From the NCBI GenBank assembly GCA_964035545.1, contig OZ037772.1:1798001-1862000 (forward strand): DNA of 64,000 nucleotides. The letters run 5' to 3'. The DNA is from Bugula neritina (lineage: Eukaryota; Animalia; Bryozoa). Below the pieces are notes generated by a model. It was not told the origin of the DNA. It saw nothing but the letters and a program-made list of their open reading frames with translations, and ran no database searches. This document shows positions 26,711 through 39,799 of this stretch, piece after piece. Numbering within the stretch: position 1 is the stretch's first letter; each line of letters starts with the position of its first letter. Made by a program: the position numbers and the translations under genes.

Positions 26711-28893
26711 TAAGTGAGAAGGTGAGAATAGTTGAGAATAGGGAGTTGAGAGAATACTGGAGTTATTTCAACTGGCAGCAAGAGTCAGCCATTATTACGT
26801 TGATAAGCAACAAGGCTATTAGTGACATTGATGTCTACTAACCCAACATAGTTTCTAATCTAGTTGTGGCCACAATGATCTCTTCGTCAGAGTCTTCTAC
26901 TTTATATGCAAAGGAAAGAAGAACTCCGAACTCCACCTTCTCCTTGTAGCCCGGCACAGAGAGCATAGTCCTTCCCGTCAACTCTACTTTGTCTACCTGC
27001 AATCAGTGATACAACTCTCTCAGACTATACAGGTCAAAGGTTAAACTGTAGTGTGTGCTTCTGAGTCAATGCGTTTGCATTCTTTTCTATTAGTTCATAT
27101 AATGTATATGAATGCTCTTACGAATGAATATGTGGCTGTGGTCTCATTGATGTATTCATTCGAAGATAGTCATAATATGTAATATATCAGGCTGTGTCTG
27201 AATACTACTATTAGGTTAGTTACCACCAACACACAAGTCTCGCAGTGAATAAACAGTTGACGTACACACAGCCGGGAGTCAGACTGATACTGTACGATAT
27301 ACCTCAATATCAGAGACGGCAGAGTTGAGAGTACAGGACCAGTTGACGAGTCGGTTAGCTCTGTAGATCACATCTTTCTCGTGCATTCTGATAAACGCTT
27401 CGTTCACCGCTTTCAAAGATTTCTAATAAACAAATATATATGAGTCATGTGTCAAGTGTGAACTGATTGGAGACCAGGTCTCATGATTAACCAATCATAG
27501 AGAGGATAACACACTGAGTCAGTAAACAGCCGACACGGCAGATAGACTCCACTACTCAAACATAATACATGTATAGAGAGGATAACTCCTCACCTCATCC
27601 ATAGTGAACGTAGTTCTGTCCCAGTCATAAGACCCGCCCACTTTCCTCAACTGATGGTAGATTCTGTCTCCTTTTCTATAGAAATTATATAAAAACACTG
27701 ACCAATCGTTGTGCTGCAAAACTTAGTTATATTAGCAACTTAAATAATGAGTCCAATGATAGAGTGTGATGAAGTAAACCTATATTTAACTTTTTGTATA
27801 TTCAATTATATATATTAATTTTATCATATTATCATATATATTATATATTATCTTATATCAAACTGTAGCAACTGCACACCAATAAGATAAAATAAAAACT
27901 CAAACCCGAATACTAAGTCGCTATGAAATGCATTTTCAAGATAAAATATTCCCTTACTGGTTCTTCCAGTCCCACACTCGTCTCACAAACTCATCTCGTC
28001 CCAAATCGTGTCGAGTTTTATTCTCTTCTCTAGCGAGTTTTTTCTCGACGACCACTTGAGTGGCTATTCCTGCGTGGTCACATCCGGGTACAAACAGTGT
28101 CACCTTCCCATTCATCCAGTGCCTGACAATACAGCAGAATTGACACCTGACAACACAAGCATATCAGACACCTGTAGATATTCTGGAAAGGTGCTGAGAG
28201 AAATATCTGTGGTTGAAAAAACATCAATATGATAGATGAATGACTTATGCCAACCGGTACTTACCACAAATTTTCTCAGCATTCAAAAAAGAATTAACAG
28301 GGGGATGTTCATAGCCTGTCTGTGGAATATCTCAAAGTGAGTTGGCAAGATGCCAAAATGTCATGTAGTCACCACCAGAGGAATGGTGTCTACTGTTACA
28401 TGCTATAAGCTACATACACCACCAGTTTAGTGACTAGGTAAGTACGGAGTTGTCTCATCTATATGAATGAACATCTCACCACCGAACTATCGCATCCTCA
28501 ACCGCCCCCGCGAGGGCGTGTCCTAGGTGAAGAGTCCCGGTCACATTAGGGGGAGGGATCAGGATGATAAACTTCTCTTCAGGTGTGAGTTTCAGCACAT
28601 CTCTACCTGTTACAAAGCAACCAATCACATCTCTCTCGGTTACAAAGTAAAAAGCAACCAATCACAGTACCTGTTACAACAGAGTAACAAATCACACCTC
28701 TACGTGTTAGAAGTAACCAGTCACACATTATAGACTTTACTAGGATGAGAAGTGTACCTTTGAGATTATACTCAGGTTTGAAGAACCCTTCCTTCTCCCA
28801 CCAAAAGTACCAGGCAGCTTCCACATAGGACGGAGAGTAAGAATCAGGCATGGGACACGTCGTGTCTAGAATAACAGAAAACTATAAAGTATA

Positions 28894-29000
28894 GGGGAGT
28901 AGCTGTGGTCTAGGGGTTAGAGCGTTTGTCTAGTGAACACGAAGCCATTGTTTGACAAAGGCCATTGTGATGTTAGGAAGAGCATCCAGTCATAATTGCT
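28894..29000 (+). mobile_element. tRNA-derived SINE fragment; related copy at ~60536-60640
   Basis: A-box-like TGGTCTAGGGGTTAG / TGGCCTAGGGTTTAG, B-box-like GGTTCACTGCCC in the second copy, and shared GCCAT..TGATGTTA..GCATCCA. Confidence 0.55.
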
Positions 29001-30083
29001 CCTGTGCCACATCTAAATAAGTCCTCAGCCTGTTTTAACAAAAATGCTTTCCACCAGGAGTCTCTCACAAGGGTGGTGACTATACACTGATATCTAAATA
29101 TACTAAGTTGAGACTTGTCTTCTACTGGTCCATACAGTTCAAATGTGATAAACACATGTATAAATACAATAATCTATTCATAGCCCATAGTCTAACCACC
29201 AACAAGGACGAATAAATAAGACGGTGGCCTGACACTACTACTACTACAACTTATATAACTTATACACAGCAGATTGTTAGGAGTATTTAAATCTGAGGCT
29301 ATCCAATGTATGAGTAGGGCAGCCCTAAATGTAGGATATTGGAATACGATGTCTTATTACTTCAGTCTAAAGCAGTGTTTATACCTTCACGATTTTCAGT
29401 CAGAAATTCAATTTTGCCGAGTTGCATTTCATTCTAAAAGCCAATCATCAAAATTTTTGCTTTGTACATGCTTAATCAAATAATTTTAGAGTAACAATCA
29501 AAAGGAATGATAACTCCTTTAGATATGGGGTATTCATGTTTATAATTACATCGGCTGTCTTTTTCAATTATCACTTTTATGCTGTCAACTTAATTTATTA
29601 CGTTTTCAAAGGGCATCAAATAGTGATTAAGCGAGGTATATTTGAGTATTACAGAGTGAGCTTCCTTATTAATATGATTTCAACAATTTTAAGTAAGACT
29701 GCTTACACACATAACTGTGTGTTCACTACCGAGCAGTGTACACTGATAAATCAGTGCTTCAACTGAAACTTGTAAGTAAAGGAATGAAGAGCTCAATTGG
29801 GTATAAAATGTAGAGAATAATTGAACTGAACCTTTCTTATGGCCAACTGGTGTGTCCACGTTATACGTTACTACAGCCTTCTCCTTTTTCTCTTTCACTT
29901 TTTTCTAGAAAAAAAATCAAATTTGAAGAAAATAAAATGGAAATTGTTAGCTACAGATACAGACAACTTCCAGGTAAAAGTACAACCATACAGTCGCAAT
30001 ACGAATATGTAATTCAAGTAACACTTTCATGTAGAAGTACAACCATAAATATGAATAGAAAGTAACACAAATATATACATTTA

Positions 30084-30240
30084 GGAGCAGTAGTGTAGAA
30101 ATTGAGATAGCCTAGGTTCTTTAATCTTATTATCAAATTTTGGTTTGGGGTTTGGGTTGAAATTCTTACAAAAACACAACTTCTTATGCTACATTTCTAA
30201 TCTAGAACACAGGCTTTCTCAATTTCTCCATTACTGCACC
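30084..30240. mobile_element. MITE copy, same family as 26556-26710
   Basis: Inverted similarity and TA flanks. Confidence 0.75.
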
Positions 30241-31169
30241 TACCTTAGTATATATAGAACCTGTAACTAACTAAACAGACACCTCAGTAGTCGTGGCAGA
30301 CTCTGCCTTCTGTTTAGCCTGCTTAGCTTGAAACTTGGCTAGTTTAGCAGCTTTAGCAGCTTCTTTCTATAACCCTTTCTCAGATTTCACCTTGACCTCG
30401 CCAGTTGGCGCATCACCAGGGTTCACTTCCGACATGTTCGTTTATTGTGAGACTTTCCTTAAAACACAATCAGCCGGCATGGAACTAATAGATATCTCAA
30501 TACTAAACATACAAACTATTGACCCAGTATAGTTATAGACAGATATCTTAATACTAATAATATAAACTAATGGCTCAGTATTGCCTTAGTTATGCGTGAG
30601 GGTTCAGTGATAAAACTCCTATAAACCACACAGTTCAATAATGAAAGACTGTGACTTTTCACGAACAGACATCTCATCTCTGATTCTAATGAAAAATCAC
30701 GAAATTTTCAGACAAACGATACTGCATTTCAACTTTGTGACTATCACATGATAATAATCGTTGTCATTTGAAAGATTCTGCTAAAATCGAAATGCCAATG
30801 TTAATCACAAGGTCAACCATAAATGACTCAGTCTGATGGCTGACGGTTATGCTTAATGATTAATTAGTAATATGAATAGATTGCAAGTGATCAGCATGAT
30901 GATGGTGATGATTGCTTTTCACCATCAAAGGTCAAACTTTGTAATTGCAGCTTGAAATGTAAAATTTAATAATATTACTTTTATTTAATTATACAAGTAT
31001 AACTTACTATCATAACAACATTCAACTTTATGTAGTCATTATAAACATGATAATGGTTTACCTTTTACTGCAGGTAATCATTATACTATTCACGATTATA
31101 AATATAATTAATATAATTGTATTTATTGAAACTAAAATAGTAAGGTAAACTAAATGAATTATCGACATG

Positions 31170-31570
31170 AGTATGAGTAGGCCACAACTAGAAGGTGCAG
31201 CAGCAATTTGAGATCCCCGTTTGCAATACCTCATCAAAGGTATAGAACAGGTGCAAAATAATGCAATCAGATTCATTGCTAAATTGAAAGGCAGAGACAG
31301 TATCACTGTGGCACGTGACAAACTAAACCTAGAATCTCTCCCCGACAGACGCTTCAAGCTGAGGCACAAGTTACTGTTGCGACTTCTATCTAATGAGGGA
31401 AATCAGGCATCTCTAACCAACTCCTATGAACTGATGAACAGTAAAACCTAAAATACTAGATTTACTAAGGCATCAAGCAGGGACGATCCCCCAACCATTT
31501 TTGCAAAATCAGCAGCCTACTACAGCAGCTTCTTTCCAAAAACAGCCCGAGAGCTTAAGTCTATGCTAAA
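31170..31570 (+). mobile_element. Degenerate LINE RT C-terminal fragment, same clade as 32736-33796
   Basis: RPQLEGAAAI*DPRLQYLIKGIEQVQNNAIRFIAKLKGR...LNLESL..RR, with in-frame stops. Confidence 0.8.
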
Positions 31571-32704
31571 TAATTAGTCAATGCACCAGAGTTGTATATG
31601 TGCAACATACTGAAAATACTTGCTAGCCTGTAATCAGCAACTGTAGAGGTGTGCCTCTTGCTACATGCTCTAATGCGTGTAAGAGGTAAGAGGACTATCA
31701 ATATGACTATCAATATTAGTAGGAGTACCCAAGTACCAGTAGACATAGTAGCTGTAGAAAGTCTATCCCAATCAGTAACTGTAAGCCGTGAGGAATATAA
31801 AAAACTATAACTTGAGTATAACTAATTGAAGGTGAGTTAACATAAATTAAAAAATAATAAATATAATTACTACAAAATCAAAATGAAATATGCATTATAA
31901 ATATTTATATTTTTATTTTATAATAATTTTTAAATTTATTTATATCATTTCATTTAGGTTCATCACCTTTCATTATGATTAATGAAATTCATGAATCATA
32001 TTCATAACGATATGATAATCACTTAAAAAAATGAAAAGTGATAAACCCATAATGATAATCATAATGATAATGATAATGATTATTATTATCATTTATCGCT
32101 TATCAGTGATAATCATAATCATAATGATAATCTTGATCATAATCAATATGAATATCAATATCATGTTATACTTATTCAATAATTATAACTGATTGATTCT
32201 TATTCATATTAATAATGAATAAAGAATTATATGAACACTACAACTTACTTAATTAGAGTATTACTATTAGTATAAGTATTAGTATTACTATTAACATTAG
32301 TATTACTTACAACTTGCTTATGCAAGAGAATTAAATCTTTAAAGCGTAGCATCCTTTTCAAGCAAAATAAGGATAATAAGTTTCGTCAAATTGAGTTAAA
32401 AACTACAACTTATAAGTCACAAGTATAAAGCAACTTATGCTCAGTCATCACTAATCCTAGTGGGTACCATCGAACTCAAAAATATCTGGAATGGGTACGG
32501 GTGTACTTTGTAATGTAACCTCGTTGCCGATTGGCTTTGTGAGCCCGAACATGCTCTTTTTCTAGCGGGAAAAAATAGAGCCGGTCGTCCATCATTTCGA
32601 TTGAGTGAATCTCACTTTTAAACTTTGTTTTTTGTCCTGCTTTATATCTCAAGCAACTATATTTTTATTTAATTGTGTTCTCTATTACCTCTACTTCGTT
32701 AAAC

Positions 32705-34111
32705 ATGTCGATTTCTCCGTATCCTAAGCAAAGAAATTGATATTGTTAAAAATAAATCCCTGCATTATTCGATGGGTTTCATCATTCTTAACTGGACGCT
32801 CACAACGAGTGGTCATTGACGGGGTATCTTCGGACTTAGCACCAGTGACTTCCGGGGTTCCACAAGGAAGTGTGCTGGGTCCAACATTATTCGTTTTGTT
32901 TGTTAATGACATTGTAAACTGCGTTACACATAGTACAATCAGGCTTTTTGCTGATGACACTCTTGTTTATCTACCCATTACTGATCCAAATGATCATCAT
33001 AAACTACAGGGAGATCTTTCTAGACTTTATAGGTGGGCAAAAGAAAACAATATGAAGTTCAACTCAAAGAAAAGTAATGTCATAACTTTTGGTAAGAAAA
33101 CAGAAAATATGGGAAATGTCTTCACTTATAAATTAGGAGAAGATCCCCTGAATAGAGTTGGAGTTGTAAAATATCTTGGAATATTGCTATCAGCAGATTT
33201 GAAATGGAATAGGCATGTCGAAAATATCATATCAAAGGCATACAGAGTACTAGGTTTAATCAAGCTCACACTAGGAAATGCCCCAGAAAATGTTAAAATT
33301 CTAGCGTATAAAACTCTTTGTAGACCTCTCCTAGAATATGCTGCTGAAGTATGGGACCCATGCAATAAACATCTAATAACAAAATTAGAAGTTACCCAAA
33401 ATAGGGCTGTACGGTTCATTAAAAATTTAAAGGGTAGAGAAGTATCGGTAACAGATGCCAAAATTGACCTAGGACTAGAAACATTGAGAAAGCGCAGACA
33501 GTCACACAGAATTTCTTTGTTGTGTCGTATTGCTGCAAATAATGATTTATTTCCAACCTTAAATAACACACTTAAATCTATGAAATCCTCAACCCATAAC
33601 ATGAATACCCGTATTAACACTTTCAATGCTATAGCCTGCGATTCGAGCCTGTACCTGCAGGGTTTCCTGTTGCGCACTGTCCGGGAGCTCCGTACGGGGG
33701 AGATAGTAGCGGATTTCTGAGCCTGGATAGATCCGAGGGTCCCACAATTACTCTCTTCGAGAGGTCTTGGGACTTAACCCAATCAAGATCAAGATCAAGA
33801 ACTAAAGGTCAAAGAAGCAAGACCACTGGGTCTCAGTGTTATGCATACAATTGCCGCAACTACCAGTACAGCAGTTACAGTAAAGACAAAAAAATCTCTT
33901 TTCACAAGTAAGTATATGGCTTTAGTTACAAAAATCAGTAAAAGTAATACATTAACTAGCGTAACAGTAGGCTTAATAGTTGTGGTATCGGTGGTGCTGC
34001 CTACTAGTAGTACTCTACTACTACTACTACTAACTAGTAATACTAATAGTAATACTAATACTAATAGTAATAGCTAAGCCTAATGCTATACTTACGGTAC
34101 CAGTATAATAG

Positions 34112-34155
<44 letters not shown>

Positions 34156-37100
34156 GCCTACTGCTAGTGTTATTGCTATTAGTAGAGCACTAGTACTACA
34201 AGTACAACTGCTAGTACTACTACTACCAGTACAGGTACTCAGTACTAGTAGTAACTTACTCATAAATTGTTATTATAATTCGAGTATCAGTATGAGTATG
34301 AATAGTACTATTACTAATAGTATTATTATGATTAACAATAACAGTAACTACACAATGTGAAAATTTGAAAGTCAAAGTGTGAGTGACTCACTCTGAATAT
34401 CTACTCATATTGATGTCACTATTATTATTGCTAACAACTTTATTATGTTGATGTTATTTACAGCAAGCTTATTATTTTCAAAGCATTATTGTATTAATTT
34501 ACTCTCTTTGATAAATATCGAAAATCTTCTGTTGATTGATATTGGATTTTACGGTTACCTAAAGTTTTAATGTTTTTATAGTTTAAATAGGTTGCACCAT
34601 TGATAAAGCATAACATATCAGTTTGTAAATAATTTTAGCTAGTGCAGTATTTTTTTATTTAGATTTCCCAACAAGCAGAAGGATTTCAGTCGTTGGAATG
34701 TTTGGTGGAAAGTTTCTCGCCGCCAAGAAGAACCTAGTGAACGATCTCTACTGTGTAGCGATCATTTTTATAGCGATTCTTTCGAAAGCACAAGCCAACC
34801 TCGGCGTTTGCGAAGTGGAGCTGTTCCAGCAGAGGAATTGGTTGCTGTTTCAGAGCGACTCATAGTAAGTTGATATTCATGCAACAGTCATTGGAATGAT
34901 AAAATTAATTATTGTGCTTGCACATCTTTATATTTCAATTTTTAGAGAAAAAGAACTCCCCGAACTACTCATACTAGTCGGCGTGCTGAAGAAAAAGATG
35001 AGATTTCAATTGAAACCACTGAAATGAGCTTGAACACTTCAGCAGCTGTAGTTCTTAAGGTTATTAGATAGCTTACTTAACTATGACTTAATATTGATGT
35101 ATTTGCTTGCCACTTTATGGTAAATAGCTGTGCTGTATACTATAATAATATATTTTTTCTACATTTGGTATTTTTGTATTAAAGTTGAATAATTTCATAT
35201 GATACAGGATCATTGCTATAGTACCACTCCCGATGCTTTGAAGCAAAGAGTTAGGTTTTTGGAAGAAAAGGTTAGCCAATTACAGAAGCAAGTTAGCAAT
35301 TCAACTAGACGTGCCAAAAGATCAAAAATGAAGCTTGCAGAATGCATCAAGTTGGTCAAAGAAAAAAGTTTGATCAATGGTGAATTGGAGGAAAAATTGA
35401 AAGGTTTTGCTGGTATGATTTTACAATTTAATAACACCTTGACATTTTCAGTTGAAACTCTGTCTAAAGTTGATATTACCATACAGATGTTCCTGATGGC
35501 CTATTCACTCCACTCCGTGGCAGATACTCAGAAAGTCAGCAAAAATTTGCACTAACGCTACATCTCTACTCACCAAAGGCTTATGAGTTTCTCAGAAGTT
35601 ACATGACACTCCCATCCCCACGATCCCTGAGGCGGTAAGATGTTCTTTAATCAGCATTTGAAATGAAATAATCCTTAAATATTGACTACATCATGTGATA
35701 ACAATTAATGTTTTATAGATGGATGGAAAATGTTGACTGTAAGCCTGGTATAAATAGGGCTGTTGTTGACACTTTAGTGGCAAAGAAGAGTGATCAACCA
35801 CAACTTTACACTCAGTAGGTTTTGTTATACTCTGGATTATGTTAAAATTACTTTAAATTACATTTATTTTCAAATGAGCAAAATAATTTGTGATGTATGC
35901 TGCAAATGGGAAACTTTATGTAAACCCTATAAATTTTTAGTGTTTTATATTTATTTAGTTGTTGTTTGACCTTGGATGCCATGAGTATCCGGAAAATGCT
36001 GAGCTTTGACCCAAGATCCAAGACAATGCTAGGCTATTGTGACCTGGGTTACGGCCCCGAAGAAGACGGGCAGGTAGCAACTGAAGTTATGGTGTTTTTG
36101 CTGACTGGCTTAAGGGGATCATGGAAGGCTCCAGTGGCATATTTCTTTACCTCAAGTTTGTGCTCAGAAACCCTTCAACAGCTACTTCTTCACACACTTG
36201 ACCATCTTCATTCGCATGCTTTTTCAGTTGATTGCGTGACTATGGATGGACATGCTTCAAATCTTGCTGTCTGTAAAGGTTTGGGGGCGAAGATAAACTT
36301 GGATAAAGATGTTCAATCATTCTTTATTGTTAATGATAGGAAAATCTTTATTTTACTCGACCCTTGCCATATGATCAAACTGGTACGAAACATGTTGCAT
36401 GCTCTTGGGACTATTCAAAGTGAGGACGGTCTGATTCAGTGGACTTACATTGACAAACTCCACAGGAAGCAGGGTGAGATTGGGCTGAGACTGGGTAATA
36501 AGATTACTGCTCGACATGTTAGCTTTCAACGGAACAAAATGAAGGTTCGCTCAGTATATTATATAGGCACTTTGGCAATGCAATTATAATTGAGTGTTGA
36601 ACTAATATCTTTATTGTGTCATCTACTCAGGTGTCTCTTGCTACCCAGTTGCTGTCAGCTTCAGTGGCTGACTCACTTGATACGCTGAAACAGTTGGGAC
36701 TCTCTGAATTCCAGCAGTGTGATGCTACCATCAACTTCATTAGGGTTTGTTACAGCTTTTGGTTTTATTTCTTTAAAATACTGTAACTGCAATCGTCCCA
36801 TGTTCTGCTGATGTTACTTTTTCTGTAGCGAGTTGATCGGTTGTTTGACATCCTGAATAGTCGATCAGCAATAGCTAAAGGCTACAAGCAGCCTTTACAT
36901 CTCAATGGTATCAGTGTCATCACTCCTTTTCTGAAAGATACAAGGCAATATTTGCTAGGCCTAAAGAATAATGAAGGGATACCTCTGTACAAGACCAAAA
37001 GGTAAATTTCCTATTAACAAAGAAAGTGTTAATTGCTTATATTTCAGATCTAATATGTGCCTGTCCCTATTTGTGTTATTTACAGACATGTTTGTATTAC

Positions 37101-38422
37101 TGGACTTGTATGTGCCATTGACACAGTATTTGGGTTGGTGGAGAAACTGTTGGTGCCTAAAACGCTCGACTATCTGCTAATGTATAAATTTTCGCAAGAC
37201 CATTTAGAGCTTTTCTTCAATGCAGTTCGCCGTTGTGGTATGCTATAGCTCTGAACAGCTATGCATGAAGCCCAGTCTGCATGCACTTATGTTAACATGT
37301 TCATTTGTTCTCTTACTCTCTTATCTCTTTTCTTCAGGTGTTCGGTTTTTCACTTTGCTTTAATAGGTGCAACTAAGATGGTCGGTCGGACCAACTGTGT
37401 TGAAAAGTGAATTTTTTTGCATGAGCTTAGTGGTTAAAATGCATGCAATATGAAGTATATTTTATTAACTTTTGAATACCAAGAGACAAGGATAATGAAT
37501 TTTCAAAAATTTCCAAAACTGTGGTGTCAAAGCAATTGTGCATTTTTTAAATTAAATGACTTTTTTGGCTTAATTGCATGCAAGGTTTTGCTTGTGTTCT
37601 AAAAAACATCATTTTTTCTGGGTAAACGTAATCCAATCATTAATTGTGAACAGGCAATTGATGTCCAAGCATTTTTTTAAAGTCGTCAACCTAATATCTG
37701 TTTTAGGTGGATGGAATAATAACCCATCTGTAACTGGCTTTCAGTCTATCTTTAGAAAATTGGTGACCCGATGTGGTGTACATCCAGGCAACTCAGGAAA
37801 TTCTAAGCCATTAGATAACACAACTGCTATTCTCGCTTCAACTAGCTATATTCCACTGTTTTCTCAGGAAGATAATGCGGATATCTTCATTCATGATGAG
37901 TTGAAACCTGCTGAAAAAGTAAGGGTTTTAGCTGGCCCTGTTTTGGGTAATGTTGTTGTCTACATCTCTGGGTGGGTTGTCCGAAAAGCACTAAGAAAAG
38001 TAACATGTCTAGAGTGCAGGCAAGCTCTAGTGAACAAGGAGTGCTGCAGTCTCAAGTATGGTAAGCTCAAAAAACTATTGCATGTTAAAAACAATGGTGG
38101 GCTTACTATACCTTCAGATGGAGTTATTACCACTTGTTTATGCACTCACAAACACCTAAAAGGCCAAAAGTTCGTGAAATTACTTCAGCTACAAATAGAT
38201 GTGAAGCAAGAAATTGGTAAATATGACATATTTGGAATTGCTCAACATTCCATGGAAACATCATTAGGCATTGAAAATCATCATTTCTCCCTTTTAAATT
38301 TGCTTATTGAGGTATATTATGACTTATTCCAGCACCACATTGCTAAACTAACAAATATTGCTATGCACAAACTAGATTTCAGGCAATGTAGCAACAAAAA
38401 TGTACTGTTTAGAGGCCAGTAA
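32705..38422 (+). pseudogene. THAP9-like P-element transposase, 11 exons, ~880 aa once the LINE is removed; interrupted in exon 1
   Basis: Exons 32705-32735 + 33802-33907, 34663-34864, 34946-35059, 35208-35412, 35487-35634, 35719-35814, 35959-36544, 36631-36744, 36829-37001, 37086-37237, 37707-38422 (2643 nt, open). THAP: CYAYNC..FHKFP..W..LCSDHF..AVP. Also DHCY motif, coiled coil, YSPKAYEFLR..LPS, LDAMSIRK, TMDG, DPCHMIKLVRN, KMKV.LATQ, FDILNS, SQDHLELFF, GGWNNNP. Confidence 0.92.
32736..33796 (+). mobile_element. 5'-truncated LINE (CR1/L2-group reverse transcriptase) nested in the P-element
   Basis: ORF 32737-33720 with SGVPQGSVLGPTLF, LFADDT, KYLGI, RPLLEYA. 3' UTR hairpin and (TCAAGA)n tail. 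AAGAA duplicated at 32731-32735 and 33797-33801. Confidence 0.95.
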
Positions 38423-39799
38423 TAAGGATGTGGTTAATTAATCGTATTTATTGTATTTATATTATAACATTAGATAATCACAAACATTGTTATTGCAATA
38501 TAATATTAATTTTTGTTTATTCTGTAATTTTATTTTAATCACTTATTGCTTTCAGAACAGAATTTAAAACTTTGAAAGGTTTAAGGAAATCTGTTACTTG
38601 CCTGTGTTGTAAAGTTGTGTTTTACCATTTGTTTTTTATATTATTTATAAACTTTTATACTGGTTATCTTTACTGTCAGTTTTCATGTACTAAAGCTGAA
38701 ATTTGCTTTGCTGTTGCTTTTCATTTCATTTTGACTAATGTGTTGATCTAATCAATAAATATGTAATGCATTTGTTAGGTTATTAAAGTTATTATCATAT
38801 ATACTTGAGGTACATGTTTCATAAAATGATAATTAGCCATGAAATTTCAAATACCAAAAGTAAAATAAACAAAATAATTGATTCCTGCTTCACAGTGCTA
38901 AATTTTCATTATTTTTTAGTGTTTAGCTTAATTTATTTGCTCTTATAGCTTGCATTTATAATGGATTTTACTACTACTGCTGTATGCAAAACAAGTAGGC
39001 GTGGTTAAGTATACCATGTTAAGGCGGAGCTAAACTATTTGGCCACGCTAAAACGTCCTTGGCCTCTCCAGGTATATTCCAGCTCAGTGGTGGGTACGGC
39101 AAGCATATAGCATAATTTATTTCCCAATGCGACAAGATTATCTAGACGGTGCGCTTACGCCTCTCATTGTACTTAAGCAATATCCAATTGTACGGTTCTT
39201 ATGACTTTAAAATCCGTTTTTGAGAAGCAAGGCTAGATAGAAGTTAATGATCGATATTGACTCGCTAAGAGTTTTCATGTAAACCCGCAAACTACAACTT
39301 TTAACTTGACTGCAAAGCTGGAAGTACGATAAGCGTCGCCGTATTGATTTCAGGCGAATTTTAGTTGATTTCTTTCAAACTGCTGAGAAGTAATATTTGC
39401 TTCCATTTTATGTCTGTATCAGCCATCAGGGCTATCGCGATACAATTATAAATGTTCTTAAATCAATCAATATTATGAAATAAATAATGTAGGAAATTCA
39501 ATTTTGACTATATAGAATAATCTCGATCTGAATAAGTATTATTTATTTATTGTATCACTTGCACTTCGTCTCACTCTTACTCTTAAAGTCAGATAACATA
39601 GTTAATGTTATAGTACATACTGAGACGATACTGATACTCATAGTCATACTGATACTCAATCCCATACTCAATCTCATACTGAGTCTGATACTCATAGTCA
39701 TAGTGATAGTCTTTGCCAGATTATTGCTAGATAATTTAAGCTAGTACTAGTACTACTACTAGTAGTACTACTACTAGTACTAATAATCACAGTACTAAT

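Larger units (their letters stand above)
24042..30435 (-). pseudogene. VARS1: Valyl-tRNA synthetase pseudogene (unprocessed, N-terminal half only)
   Basis: Twelve spliced exons give MSEVNPG..., [43 protein letters not shown] (HIGH motif), [74 protein letters not shown]. Nonsense codons at 30367-30369 (TAG), 25642-25644 (TGA) and 24475-24477 (TGA). The GDTAVAVHP...FGT exon(s) and the KMSKS/anticodon half were not found. Confidence 0.93.
32468..39089 (+). mobile_element. Full-length P-element-superfamily DNA transposon (6.6 kb including a nested LINE)
   Basis: Perfect 8-bp TSD GTGGGTAC (32460-32467 and 39090-39097), CA...TG termini, imperfect 23-bp TIR (16/23 identical), and an internal THAP9-like transposase. 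Confidence 0.92.

Noticed and set aside
24475-30369. Stop-codon reassignment or readthrough explaining the in-frame stops in VARS
   Set aside because: The stops replace different residues (Lys, Arg, Trp), co-occur with exon loss and truncation, and TAA/TAG/TGA terminate other genes normally.
32492-32500. TGGGTACGG as an alternative left target-site duplication of the P-element
   Set aside because: It is not followed by a CA terminus or TIR. The 32460-32467 site gives an 8-bp TSD plus TIR.
33126-33677. 183-aa minus-strand ORF and similar antisense ORFs over real exons
   Set aside because: Shadow ORFs of the LINE RT, TRIM and transposase coding strands.
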